From IMG/VR virus record IMGVR_UViG_3300030102_006999: 64,000 bases of DNA; one strand, given 5' to 3'. The position numbers and the translations under genes were made by a program. The stretch is from an uncultured virus (IMG/VR IMGVR_UViG_3300030102_006999) (lineage: Duplodnaviria; Heunggongvirae; Uroviricota; Caudoviricetes). The notes beneath the pieces are model-generated. The model was not told the DNA's origin and did not search any database. It was given only the letters and a program-made list of their open reading frames with translations. Positions 38,231 to 48,376 of this stretch are shown here, in pieces. The number at the start of each line of letters is the position of its first letter. The stretch's first letter is position 1.

Positions 38231-39082
38231 TTGGCTAGAAATAAAAGCAGGCTAGGTACTGACGAAAAACCAGTAGCTAGTGACCCTGTGGCAGCAATTC
38301 AATCTCCCGGAGATGGTCCTTTAACCTTCTCCACACCAACGGAGTTTGTTGAGCTACCAACAGAAGGCAAATACTATGCAGAAGATCACCCTCTTCATAA
38401 CCAGACTCATGTGGAAATAAAACACATGACTGCTAAAGAAGAGGATATACTGTCTTCAAAATCCCTCCTTAAAAAAGGAGTCGCTTTGGATAGATTTATG
38501 CAAAGCGTTATTGTCGATAAAAGGATCAAAGTCCAAGATCTTTATATCGGAGATCGAAACGCAATCTTGATTGCTGCCCGTATTACGGGGTATGGTGAAG
38601 ATTATACGACACAGGTAGCGTGCCCGGCCTGTACAAGTACATCTAAATATACTTTTGATCTCAACAACCAAATTATAGAAAAAGGAGGTGATGACTTAGA
38701 AGAAATAAGATGGACAAATAACGGCACATTTATTACAACCCTACCCCATTTTGGCGTAGACGTTGAACTCCGTATGCTGACGGGGAAAGACGAATCTTAT
38801 TTAACAAAACTAAGTCAAACCAAAAAAGGACAAAAGCTCGCGGAGACATCTCTAACAGATCAACTAAAAATGACAATTGTATCTGTTCAGGGTCGAACTG
38901 ACGCAGCAACTATAAACTCTTTAGTAGATCATCTTCCTGCTTCAGACGCGCGACACTTGCGAACAACGTATGCACAAGCTGCACCAAACGTAAGTTTACG
39001 CCAAACATTCGAATGTTCTCATTGTTCCTTCGAAGATGTAACGGAGGTTCCGCTTAATGCGGAGTTCTTTTGGCCTAAGTAG
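38231..39082 (+). CDS. Baseplate hub assembly / tail assembly chaperone (gp26-like)
   Basis: ELPTEGKYY, MTAKEEDILS, GDRNAILIAARI, CPAC and CSHC, ends FFWPK; lies between tube and tape measure. Confidence 0.75.
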   Translation: MARNKSRLGTDEKPVASDPVAAIQSPGDGPLTFSTPTEFVELPTEGKYYAEDHPLHNQTHVEIKHMTAKEEDILSSKSLLKKGVALDRFMQSVIVDKRIKVQDLYIGDRNAILIAARITGYGEDYTTQVACPACTSTSKYTFDLNNQIIEKGGDDLEEIRWTNNGTFITTLPHFGVDVELRMLTGKDESYLTKLSQTKKGQKLAETSLTDQLKMTIVSVQGRTDAATINSLVDHLPASDARHLRTTYAQAAPNVSLRQTFECSHCSFEDVTEVPLNAEFFWPK

Positions 39083-39263
39083 CGAATATATTGAAAGTGT
39101 TTATGAAGAGATATTTCTTTTAAAATATCATGGAGCTTGGTCATTTTTCGAAGCATATAACCTCCCGATACAAATTCGACGATGGTTCTTAAATCGATTA
39201 GTGAAACAGTTTGAGAGAGAAAAGAAAGAAATGGAAAAAGCTAATAAAAAATCGAAAGGTTGA
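39057..39263 (+). CDS. Small tail-assembly ORF, probably reached by +1 frameshift from the upstream chaperone
   Basis: Overlaps the upstream gene in the +1 frame with no SD; WSFFEAYNLPIQIRRWFL motif resembles chaperone-extension ORFs. Confidence 0.6.
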   Translation: MRSSFGLSSEYIESVYEEIFLLKYHGAWSFFEAYNLPIQIRRWFLNRLVKQFEREKKEMEKANKKSKG

Positions 39264-39273
39264 AATATTTAAG

Positions 39274-39310
39274 AGTCGAAAGCTATTTTTAGTTTTCGGC
39301 TTTATTTTAT
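39274..39310 (+). terminator. Rho-independent terminator
   Basis: AGTCGAAAGCTA-TTTT-TAGTTTTCGGCT (with G-U pairs) followed by a T-rich run. Confidence 0.65.
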
Positions 39311-39347
39311 TTATCAAACTATTTACTGTATGCAGGAGAAGTGTGTT

Positions 39348-39701
39348 TTGGAAAATACCTTAAACGAAGAAAAAATCGTAGAAATCGAAATCGATCTTGA
39401 AGAACTAAAGAAAAACCAAATCAACGAAAGTTTTCTTTCAATGTTTGGAAGTTCTATAAAATTAATCTTAGACAGAATGTTTGGATCACCCCAGCCATAC
39501 GGTGGTAGCTGGTACAAAATCAAAGGATCTAGGAGAGATGTAACTTCTTTTGCCCGAACTTTGGGTAATGAAAAAAAATATCTAGAAGCTGTTGAAAAAT
39601 ATGGCTTAGATAATCCAAACACATTTAAGTCTAAGCGCGCTCTAGATAAAGCAATTGTTGGATTTGAAAAGGATACCGGCTTAAAGTGGCCGTTCAAGTA
39701 G
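39348..39701 (+). CDS. Hypothetical late protein
   Basis: ACTATTTA at 39318; SD GGAGA then TTG 39348 (alternative ATG 39330); LNEE and INES motifs. Confidence 0.65.
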   Translation: MENTLNEEKIVEIEIDLEELKKNQINESFLSMFGSSIKLILDRMFGSPQPYGGSWYKIKGSRRDVTSFARTLGNEKKYLEAVEKYGLDNPNTFKSKRALDKAIVGFEKDTGLKWPFK

Positions 39702-39715
39702 GGAAAAACTAATAA

Positions 39716-42187
39716 ATGGCGACTCAAAAACAAATTGATCTTCTGTTAGAAGGCCTAAGACTAAGAAAAGAAGGCAAAGATCTAACAGATGAGCACAAAG
39801 AACTCTTCAAAGAAATGGGAGTCGTGCTGGAAAAAACCGTATCAAGACTTGAAGAAGAGTCAGATATTCTTAAAGAAAAGCTTAAAATAGAGACAGATAT
39901 ATTAAAGAAACAAGAACTTCAATATGAAATAGATTTGAACAAGCTGCGGGTCCAGCTCAAACTGGCCGAAGGTGATGCTAAAAAGACCGCCGAATTACAA
40001 AAACAAATAGATCTTCTTAAGGAAGTTCCCGGAATGACTGCCCAATTTGATGGAATCCTAGAAGGATTAACGGGTGTTAGTGCAAAGTGGCAAAAATCTT
40101 CTCTTGGAATGTTAATGCAGCCCGATGGAATAAAAGCCCTCGGCAATTCCATGCAGAGAACATTTACGACAGCAAACATTCTTGGGTCAACTTTAATGAA
40201 GGTGCAAGAGGCTACCCTAAATCTTGCCTTCGCTCAAGACTCTGCCTTAGCTGAATTTAATAAGAATACTGGTGCCGCCCGATTATATGGCGATCAACTA
40301 ATACAGTTAGAATCCGACATGTATCGATTTGGTGTCTCTATGGACGACGCCGCCCAAGTTGGCGGATCTCTGGTCAGTAACATGAAAGGTTTCAATAACC
40401 TTTCTGGCGCCCAACAAAAAAACTTAATGGAGACTACTGCCATTTTAAATGAGCTTGGTGTCAATTCTGATATAACAGCCGGAAACATAGAGACAATGAC
40501 CCGCATTATGGGGCTGAATACAGAGCAAGCTGCTGCACAATCTAGGGAAATGTTTACCCTAGCCCAGTCTTTAGGCATGCCGCCTGCAGAAATGGCAGAA
40601 GCTTTCCAGTCAGCATCCCCGCAAATGGCTAAATTTGGTTCACAAGGTACAGAAGTTTTTAAGAAACTCGCAGTCAATGCCCGAGAAGCAGGGATGGAAG
40701 TGGATCAAATCCTCGGTATTATTGAAAAGTTTGATACATTCGAAGGTGCAGCACAATCAGTAGGTAAACTGAATGCAATGCTTGGCGGGCCCTTCCTGAA
40801 CTCGCTAGAGATGGTTAAGGCAACAGACCCAACCGAAAGAATGAAAAAACTTTCCGATGCCCTTAATCAGTCGGGCCAGAGTTTCGATGATATGGGATAT
40901 TATCAGAGGATTGCGCTCACAGAAGCAATGGGATTAAAAGATGTTTCAGAACTTGCTCTTGTTATGGCTGGCGAGTTTGATAATATGACCGGTTCTGCTT
41001 CTAAAAGCCAGTCCGAATTGGTAGATTTGGCAAAACAGCAGCAAGAGTTCAGCACAGTTCAAGAAGAGCTTAATCAGTTAGTACGCATGTTCGCAATAAA
41101 TATGAGACCTGTTATTGCTGGCCTAAAAAATGTTTTGCAGTTCATTCAAGATTTAAATGCCGGTATGGGTGGTTATCTTCCTCACTTAGCAGTCTTCGTT
41201 GGTCTATTTACAAAATTTGGAGGACCAGTGATGAAGCTCGTCGCTAAGGGCGGTGACCTTCTCAAAAAAATGTTTGGTAGCCTTACAGAAGGAATTGAAG
41301 AAACATCTGACGCGCTTGAAGAAACTCACGAAAAAATGGAAGGTAAAGAAACTAGCTTTATAAAGCTAGGCTTCGCCGCCCTTCTTGTCGGTGGCGCAGT
41401 ATTTGTCGCTGCAAAAGGAGTGGCATCACTCGCTCTAGCATTTAAAGATTTATCAATACCTCAAATAATCGGCGCAACCGTCGCAATTGGATTGTTTGGT
41501 TACGGAGTTATCACATTATTAAGTACACTCGGCGCTATGACAGCCGGCCCACAAGCAGTCGTCGTCATCGGTGCCATCGCCATAATATTAGCCATCGCCG
41601 CAGCTGCCGTATTGCTCGGAGCAGCCGTCCAATTGGCGGCATCTGGCATGGCTATGTTCTTTGGGTCTATAGTTAATTTATTCGCTAACGTTTCTGTAGC
41701 TCAATTATTTGGCTTGGGCGCCTCGATGATGCTGCTTTCAGCAGGAATGTACGCTTTAGCTGGATCCGTTTTTGCTCTACCCATGCTAACTGTTGCCATG
41801 TTCGGTCTTGGCAAGGCACTAAGTCAAATTGATGCATCTTCATTAGCTCCCGTCGCCGCACTGTTTATAAGTATTGATTCCATTTTGTCTAAAAATATAG
41901 AGAATTTAACAGCAACGAAAGAAGCTATAGCAGAAATCGTTGAGAGTGTCAATAATATCGACAGCATGGAAAAGACAATCGCAGTACAAAAGATTATCGA
42001 AGCAGTCCAAGGAGCAGCAGGAAGCAATAGGGTGACTACGGCCAGTGTTACATCCGGCAATGCCTCCGCTTCGGGTGGAACTTTCGTTCCAAATGGTACT
42101 CCTTTCACGGTCAATGTGGACCTTGCCGGTAGAACTATCGATACATATATGCTCAAATTCCTTAATGGAAAGCTAGGAGGACTCTAA
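39716..42187 (+). CDS. Tail tape measure protein
   Basis: 823 aa, helical, FDTFEGAAQSVGKLN, hydrophobic Ala/Gly-rich C-terminal half; follows tube and chaperones. Confidence 0.8.
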   Translation: MATQKQIDLLLEGLRLRKEGKDLTDEHKELFKEMGVVLEKTVSRLEEESDILKEKLKIETDILKKQELQYEIDLNKLRVQLKLAEGDAKKTAELQKQIDLLKEVPGMTAQFDGILEGLTGVSAKWQKSSLGMLMQPDGIKALGNSMQRTFTTANILGSTLMKVQEATLNLAFAQDSALAEFNKNTGAARLYGDQLIQLESDMYRFGVSMDDAAQVGGSLVSNMKGFNNLSGAQQKNLMETTAILNELGVNSDITAGNIETMTRIMGLNTEQAAAQSREMFTLAQSLGMPPAEMAEAFQSASPQMAKFGSQGTEVFKKLAVNAREAGMEVDQILGIIEKFDTFEGAAQSVGKLNAMLGGPFLNSLEMVKATDPTERMKKLSDALNQSGQSFDDMGYYQRIALTEAMGLKDVSELALVMAGEFDNMTGSASKSQSELVDLAKQQQEFSTVQEELNQLVRMFAINMRPVIAGLKNVLQFIQDLNAGMGGYLPHLAVFVGLFTKFGGPVMKLVAKGGDLLKKMFGSLTEGIEETSDALEETHEKMEGKETSFIKLGFAALLVGGAVFVAAKGVASLALAFKDLSIPQIIGATVAIGLFGYGVITLLSTLGAMTAGPQAVVVIGAIAIILAIAAAAVLLGAAVQLAASGMAMFFGSIVNLFANVSVAQLFGLGASMMLLSAGMYALAGSVFALPMLTVAMFGLGKALSQIDASSLAPVAALFISIDSILSKNIENLTATKEAIAEIVESVNNIDSMEKTIAVQKIIEAVQGAAGSNRVTTASVTSGNASASGGTFVPNGTPFTVNVDLAGRTIDTYMLKFLNGKLGGL

Positions 42188-43258
42188 ATGGGCAGTGACA
42201 ATAAAAAAGAAAAAGCGCTCCCAAAAACGCCCATTTTTGGTCAAAGACCCGGAGAGCAGACACCGATACGGCCAAAGGGTGGTATAGGAAGATTAGCTGG
42301 CACCAATCGCGACAATGCATTTTATAATTTTTCTGATCCGAGTGATCAATATGCAAACGCCAAAGGATACTATATTCAGTTTGAGTATTTTCATGGAGAT
42401 GAGGCAGTTAAATTTGTTGCTTTTAAAGCTTTCCTAACTGAATTTACTGATAATTACTCATCTAACTGGAACTCTGAAGATGTTTATGGTCGACCCGACC
42501 CTATTCATACATTTCAGAATACAACAAGAACTATAAATATTTCTTGGGATGTGCCCTCTGCAGGTTTCCTCGAAGCACAAGAGAATCTGGCTAAAGCCTC
42601 TAAAATGATGAGATTTTTGTACCCATCTTATAGAGAAGATAACAATGCATCTACAATAACAAAACCTCCCCTGCTGCGAATGAAATTTGTCAATCTAATA
42701 AAAAAAGACGATACGAAAGGCCTCCTTGGGAAAGCCTCCGGCTTTACTTTCGCTCCGGATTTGGAAGTGGGTTTTTGGGATGGTCATCCAAACGGTCTAG
42801 GCGAAACATTTTCGTTATATCCTAAACTTTTGAGATTCTCGTGTGAATTTTCTGTAATACACGAGCATCATTTAGGCTGGCATGACTGTACAGGACTTTG
42901 GGAAGTTGTCTGTGGTAACGACGGGGCACAAAAACTTGATAAAGATAAAGCAGCTTGGCCGTACGTCCCATATGGGGATAGTGCAAATGAATATTTATAT
43001 ATTCCAGACCCCCTGAACAAAGCAACAGCTGATGAAGTTATAGACGATGGTCCCGGCGATTCAGCTAATGCAGCAGCCTCTCAAAGAGCAGACCGCTCGT
43101 CCACATCGGCACAGGGAGTTGGAAAGTCAGAACAAGAAAATGCAAGAAAAGCAAAAGAGTCACAACAAGGCTCCCAACCGCAGAACACATCATCTTCTCC
43201 CGAAGAGGAACGAGAGGCAAACCTTGATGCAGCTTTAAACAATAATTTAGGAGGCTGA
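42188..43258 (+). CDS. Baseplate / tail-tube initiator protein
   Basis: FKAFLTEFTDNYSSNW..VYGRPDPI..F..TTR.INISW, PPLLRMKF; position after tape measure. Confidence 0.6.
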   Translation: MGSDNKKEKALPKTPIFGQRPGEQTPIRPKGGIGRLAGTNRDNAFYNFSDPSDQYANAKGYYIQFEYFHGDEAVKFVAFKAFLTEFTDNYSSNWNSEDVYGRPDPIHTFQNTTRTINISWDVPSAGFLEAQENLAKASKMMRFLYPSYREDNNASTITKPPLLRMKFVNLIKKDDTKGLLGKASGFTFAPDLEVGFWDGHPNGLGETFSLYPKLLRFSCEFSVIHEHHLGWHDCTGLWEVVCGNDGAQKLDKDKAAWPYVPYGDSANEYLYIPDPLNKATADEVIDDGPGDSANAAASQRADRSSTSAQGVGKSEQENARKAKESQQGSQPQNTSSSPEEEREANLDAALNNNLGG

Positions 43259-43261
43259 TTG

Positions 43262-43606
43262 ATGAGCAGAAACGATAATAGAATTAAGAGAACTAACGCT
43301 GAAAAGATATATCGAGAGCTTTTATCGAGTCGAGGATTGAAAAAGGTCAAGCAATACACTACTCCTATTTTTAATACTCTAGATGCCAAGAAAAGAGGCT
43401 CTTTGGATAGAATTAGGCACGTCTGGACAATCGGAGATAGATTATATAAACTGGCTTCGGAATACTATGGAGACCCGGAAATGTGGTGGCTCATCGCTTG
43501 GTACAACCAAAAGCCCACCGAAAGTCATTATAATTTAGGAGATACAGTCCTGATACCTCTTCCTATTGAAGACGCCATAACAATGTTCTACGAGCAAGAA
43601 GGATAA
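43262..43606 (+). CDS. LysM-like baseplate wedge protein (gp53 / P2 gpX-like)
   Basis: GDRLYKLASEYYGDPEMWWLIAWYN...GDTVLIP. Confidence 0.8.
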   Translation: MSRNDNRIKRTNAEKIYRELLSSRGLKKVKQYTTPIFNTLDAKKRGSLDRIRHVWTIGDRLYKLASEYYGDPEMWWLIAWYNQKPTESHYNLGDTVLIPLPIEDAITMFYEQEG

Positions 43607-43612
43607 TAGAAT

Positions 43613-46600
43613 ATGGCACTACATGAAAAAAGTCCATACATCGGAGCACCAGAAGAAGTTCTATATGGCACCGCATTCGAAAGTTATATGCAGCAAATAC
43701 CAGCATATATACATAGAGATAAAGACGGGAAAGCAGAAGTCATAATTTCACCCGGTAATGCAATCATGCGCGGCACAGTTATTAAAATTTTTGTAACTGA
43801 TATGTGGGCCAAAGAAGGTGCCAGCCTCGATGAAAGTATAAACGCCGTCTTTGAAATTGGAAAAACTAAGAAAAGTTTGCCAAAAATCAGAGAGATATGT
43901 ATGCAGCTTAGAAAGTTGGCAAAAGAAGAGTTTAAGAGCCGCCGTGAGTTGGAAGACCTCCAAATGAAAAATGGGCCCTTCGATGGCCTTTTGAACCGCG
44001 ACAATTGGAAAAAGTTTCTGGACGAAACTGGACTGCCGGCCGATGCATGGAGCGGAAGAAGGGCCGATCTTCCGAAAGACAGAACCTTCTTCGGTTCCGC
44101 GCGCTCACAGTTGGCGCCGGCCTATAGAGATAGAAATGTAACCGGCCCCACAACGGCCATGGCATGGGGTTTGGCGAATCTACCAGAAAACGCCAGTTTG
44201 TGGAATGAACTAATCAACCAACAAGTACCAGAAGAAGACACAATTAACGGAATAACAACCAGAGGTAACGTTGCCGTAGGCGCTCTTCAAGATGACGATA
44301 GAGAACACTTAAATGATGCACAGCGCACCGAACTTGCCACAAGAGAAGGCGCGATTACAGATGCTTTTTTAGAAGGAACATCTTCTTCTGAAGATGCAGA
44401 AATGCGCGCTCAAGACCAAGAACAGGCATCAAAATTTAGAACACAATGTTTGTTAGCTGCGAAAGCTCATGACCGCGCAAGACACAATAAAACCGTAAGG
44501 ACTAATAGTATTCCTAGGTATAATAAGGTAATGCTATTAGATGGCCCTCCGTTTCAGCTAGTTAATAAACTAACTTATAAGCAGGGAGCAGAAAAGTTTG
44601 CAAAGATAACTGTACCGGAAGCATCATCATTGGTTCCAATGATTAAACTTTCCAAAATTTACTATGATGAAGCAGGCCGTCCCGCAGGGGAAAAGAAGAT
44701 AACCTTCGATACATACACTAGGACAGAAGATTTGCTGTCAGCAGATTCTGGTGGAAGATCTGGTGTTGGTATTAAATCTTTTGAATGGCAATTAAACGGA
44801 ACAAATATCGCAACAGTTCAAAGTGATATAACTGCTACTTTAGTTTTGTACTTTAATAACTTTAATGATTTGCTAAAAGAAAATGACAAAGGCTTTAAAT
44901 ATGTTGACCTCCTTGTACGCCAAGACTCAATGTCAGGAGAAGATCAACCAACAAGTACAAAAGAATCAGAAGCTATACAAGAAGTAAAAGTAAGTAACGA
45001 TCAAAAGCACTACGAGATAAAAGCGGAAGTGGGGTGGGCATACAATAATGATTACATATTAGACTATGAGAAAAACCACTTGCTAGAAAAGGCGCTAAAA
45101 AGCCAGCGTTTAACCTTGTTTTTAACTCTTGTAGAGCACGAGTTTGACCTAAGTCAAGATGGCACTTTTTCGCTGACTATAAATTACAGAGCCAGAATGG
45201 ATGGCATCTTCATGGACAAACGCGCAGATGTTATTATATCAGAAGAAGAGAAAGAAGAACTTTGCGAAAAGACAAAACTTCTTGATGATTATTTAGAAAA
45301 GTGTATGAAAAGAAAAGCCACAGAAACAAAAGAAGAAATCGCTGATATTAAGTTAAAATATATTTTTGATTCAAGTAAGTATATTTTTAATAAGTTGCTG
45401 ACAGATTCTAAAATACTTTATGGTAAACTGAAAAAAGAAACACTGAAAAAATATAACTTTAATGTGTGGGAAATCCCAGACACAGAACTTGATTTCAATG
45501 TAAGTATTACAGACACATCAACGCTTTTAGCTAGAATGAATCTATTAGCAACTCAAGACTATGGAAATGATTTAAAAGAAGTTTTACACAACGAGGGTAC
45601 CATCACTGTTGATACTGCAAATTGCCTACCTGAAGGCCTAGGCCAAAGTAATGTTGTATTCGACACATTCAGCACAGTATGGAATAATCCATCAACTGCC
45701 GCCGGAATTGTCACGGGCGTAGTCGCAAGAGGGACTAATTACTGGACTGGGCTTGAACTCGGATACGGAAATAATGACCGGACAAAGGAAGGCTATGAGG
45801 CAAGCTGCTTTGAGATGGGTGCCAGAATGGGTCAGGGTACCACGAAAAACGTAGAAAACATTTCAGCAGTAGATAATGGCTATGAAAAGATAGGATTGTA
45901 TAAAACCCCAAACGACGACGAAGGCCCACTTCTTATTCCTTATTTTTATCTTGGAGACTTGATAGACATTGTTGTTGAAAAGGCTTTAGGCAGTGAAAAT
46001 CAGAGAGCCGAAGGCAGCTGTAATACTTTTATCAATCCAGCTAGAATCAAAAACATGCGTATTCTTTTGGGATCCCTATCTGTGCCTAGAATAACTGAAA
46101 CTTCAAAAAATGGTACCACTGTGCAGACCACAGACTTTGATCTAATTAACATAGCGGATATCCCTGTAGCCGTGGAATACTTTAGAGATTTTTGGGAACG
46201 CCGTGTGACTCAACAAAAAAGAACCACATACCCGTTGAATGATTTCATAAAAGATTGTTTAAAAGACTTCGCTTTGCGCGCACTGGGAGATGAGTGTTTC
46301 GATGGGGAAAGAGTGCAAGATTTAATGATAAAAGATGTCACATTATCTTTACCCTCGCTTCAGTCCGGCGCCGAACCAATAAAACAGAGAATTTTTGAAA
46401 CTAAGCCAAATGTTGATACTAGCAAATTGGCATCTTGTAGGCTTGATATGAACAAAGTCAGTCGACCATTTAACAAGCCAACACTAGCATCTTCAGCTAC
46501 AAAAGACGATTACCACTATAAGCTATATTATTTACAGAATAAAAGCGCGTCAAATTTAACAGGTAGACCTTCCGAAGATCTTAAAAATGGAATAATACAT

Positions 46601-47092
46601 CTAAACATGGGCGAAGATAGAGGTCTACTAAAAAACATTAGCTTTAAAAGAGCGCAGTTTCCCGGTCTGCGAGAAACTAGAGTAGTTGAACAAGATAGTT
46701 TTAACCCACTGTCTCACCTAGCAGATGTTTATAATATTGACATTACGATGTTCGGTAATACTATTTTTTGGCCCGGCCAATATGTGTACATAAATCCGAT
46801 TGGTTTCGGCACGAAACTTGGTAAACCATCTAATCGAATGTCTCCCTCCAGAGCAATGGGCATAGGAGGCTACCACCTTATTACTCAAGTCTCTTCTTTT
46901 ATAGAAAATGGCAAATTTGAAACAACGGTAGAGGCCCTGTGGGAAACCTCCGGAGGCCCGGGCGCCCAAAGAAACAACAGGGGGCAGTCTACGGGTGTGA
47001 CGGAATGCAAGCCCGAAGCAGAAGACAATGCTAGTAGCACATCAATACCAGAAATGCAAAGCAACTTAGGAAAAAATATAGATGACCAATAA
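43613..47092 (+). CDS. Large baseplate hub-like protein
   Basis: Ends with YNIDITMFGNTIFWPGQYVYI...GGYHLITQVSS.I..GKFET, like hub/late-control-D C-termini. Confidence 0.5.
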   Translation: MALHEKSPYIGAPEEVLYGTAFESYMQQIPAYIHRDKDGKAEVIISPGNAIMRGTVIKIFVTDMWAKEGASLDESINAVFEIGKTKKSLPKIREICMQLRKLAKEEFKSRRELEDLQMKNGPFDGLLNRDNWKKFLDETGLPADAWSGRRADLPKDRTFFGSARSQLAPAYRDRNVTGPTTAMAWGLANLPENASLWNELINQQVPEEDTINGITTRGNVAVGALQDDDREHLNDAQRTELATREGAITDAFLEGTSSSEDAEMRAQDQEQASKFRTQCLLAAKAHDRARHNKTVRTNSIPRYNKVMLLDGPPFQLVNKLTYKQGAEKFAKITVPEASSLVPMIKLSKIYYDEAGRPAGEKKITFDTYTRTEDLLSADSGGRSGVGIKSFEWQLNGTNIATVQSDITATLVLYFNNFNDLLKENDKGFKYVDLLVRQDSMSGEDQPTSTKESEAIQEVKVSNDQKHYEIKAEVGWAYNNDYILDYEKNHLLEKALKSQRLTLFLTLVEHEFDLSQDGTFSLTINYRARMDGIFMDKRADVIISEEEKEELCEKTKLLDDYLEKCMKRKATETKEEIADIKLKYIFDSSKYIFNKLLTDSKILYGKLKKETLKKYNFNVWEIPDTELDFNVSITDTSTLLARMNLLATQDYGNDLKEVLHNEGTITVDTANCLPEGLGQSNVVFDTFSTVWNNPSTAAGIVTGVVARGTNYWTGLELGYGNNDRTKEGYEASCFEMGARMGQGTTKNVENISAVDNGYEKIGLYKTPNDDEGPLLIPYFYLGDLIDIVVEKALGSENQRAEGSCNTFINPARIKNMRILLGSLSVPRITETSKNGTTVQTTDFDLINIADIPVAVEYFRDFWERRVTQQKRTTYPLNDFIKDCLKDFALRALGDECFDGERVQDLMIKDVTLSLPSLQSGAEPIKQRIFETKPNVDTSKLASCRLDMNKVSRPFNKPTLASSATKDDYHYKLYYLQNKSASNLTGRPSEDLKNGIIHLNMGEDRGLLKNISFKRAQFPGLRETRVVEQDSFNPLSHLADVYNIDITMFGNTIFWPGQYVYINPIGFGTKLGKPSNRMSPSRAMGIGGYHLITQVSSFIENGKFETTVEALWETSGGPGAQRNNRGQSTGVTECKPEAEDNASSTSIPEMQSNLGKNIDDQ

Positions 47093-48374
47093 GTTTGAAA
47101 ATGACGACCAAAAAAGATTAATATTGTTAAAAGCCACAAATGACATGGGGTCTTTCGAATCTTTTTACAGAAGAATGGCGTATTCAGTATACTCTTGCTA
47201 TGATGTTGAAGAAGGGACAATGGCTACTATCAAAGATTTCAATCTTTTCGAGAATCTGCTGTACGGCAAAGTGAATCCTTCTTATAAATGCGTGGAGGTT
47301 AAACCTTCAAATCTTGTTTCTACCGATAGCTCTGGGAAAGTACATACGCTTCCTTTTGTGAATGCCGCATTCAAAGAACTTCAAAAGGAAATAAAAATAG
47401 CAGTTATAAACGGCAAAATAAGAAACTCTGATTTTCTAAAAGATTTAAAAGCCGAAAGAGGTTACTTATCTCCCCGAACACCCTACACTCTCATTATCAG
47501 TATGTTAGGTTCTAAATTTCTAGAATATTATACTAAGACGAGAAGATTAGACGAAATTAGAGATTTTAAGACTTTCATGTCTAAATACACCGATTTTATT
47601 CTTGAAGCAGCAAACTCTAATACAATAACTTTTGCAGCTTTCATGATGTCCAAAAATACCAGTATTCTGTCTACTGGATTAGCTTTAGATCTTAAAATAT
47701 TTGATGCCGGTAAAGACGAAGAAAAAATGAATATTATAGGCGCTCCTTATTTTCAATACTATGTTGATGCAGCAACTAAGTTTGGATTTTATATTGACAA
47801 AAACTACCCTGCTAGATTGGTGGCAAACCTTTCATCACCCGCCATGGCAGCGATTGCGTCTGAAAATGGATATTCCATTTCTGGTGCCGGTTCGTATTTT
47901 AACGCAGACTATACGATATGCTGGAGAGAAGACATATATATATTGCAAAACTTAGCATATCAGCTGTATTCTTACATACAGACCCGCCGCCCAAACATAT
48001 ATACGACCTTTGTTGAAGGAGACTTTCTTTTTACAAAAGTTGAACAAAGGCAACACATAGTAACCGCAGATCTTTTTAAAGAATTCCCAGATGAATATTG
48101 GCTAGATTTTTATATTAGAATAAGAAATCAAGAGACTAAGTTTAAATTCAATGAGGCTTCTCTCAACAAAATGATAAAAAATGCGATTGATAAGAAAAAA
48201 AGACTTGACATTCAAGGCACAATAGATTATATTAATAAAGTGTTTATGGATGTTCCTGCACAAGAAGGCTCTCTAAATGATTTTAGGAATCGCAGATATT
48301 TCAAAGATCAAAAAGAACTTCCATTTTCAGACTATCAAGAATATCTTGTAAAGAACACTAGAACCAAGAGGTAA
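47082..48374 (+). CDS. Hypothetical protein
   Basis: 430-aa ORF coupled to the hub gene. Confidence 0.7.
   Translation: MTNKFENDDQKRLILLKATNDMGSFESFYRRMAYSVYSCYDVEEGTMATIKDFNLFENLLYGKVNPSYKCVEVKPSNLVSTDSSGKVHTLPFVNAAFKELQKEIKIAVINGKIRNSDFLKDLKAERGYLSPRTPYTLIISMLGSKFLEYYTKTRRLDEIRDFKTFMSKYTDFILEAANSNTITFAAFMMSKNTSILSTGLALDLKIFDAGKDEEKMNIIGAPYFQYYVDAATKFGFYIDKNYPARLVANLSSPAMAAIASENGYSISGAGSYFNADYTICWREDIYILQNLAYQLYSYIQTRRPNIYTTFVEGDFLFTKVEQRQHIVTADLFKEFPDEYWLDFYIRIRNQETKFKFNEASLNKMIKNAIDKKKRLDIQGTIDYINKVFMDVPAQEGSLNDFRNRRYFKDQKELPFSDYQEYLVKNTRTKR
48205..48233 (+). promoter_or_regulatory. Sigma70-type promoter inside CDS, upstream of mini polA
   Basis: TTGACA 48205-48210, 17 nt, TATATT 48228-48233. 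Confidence 0.6.
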
Positions 48375-48376
48375 GA

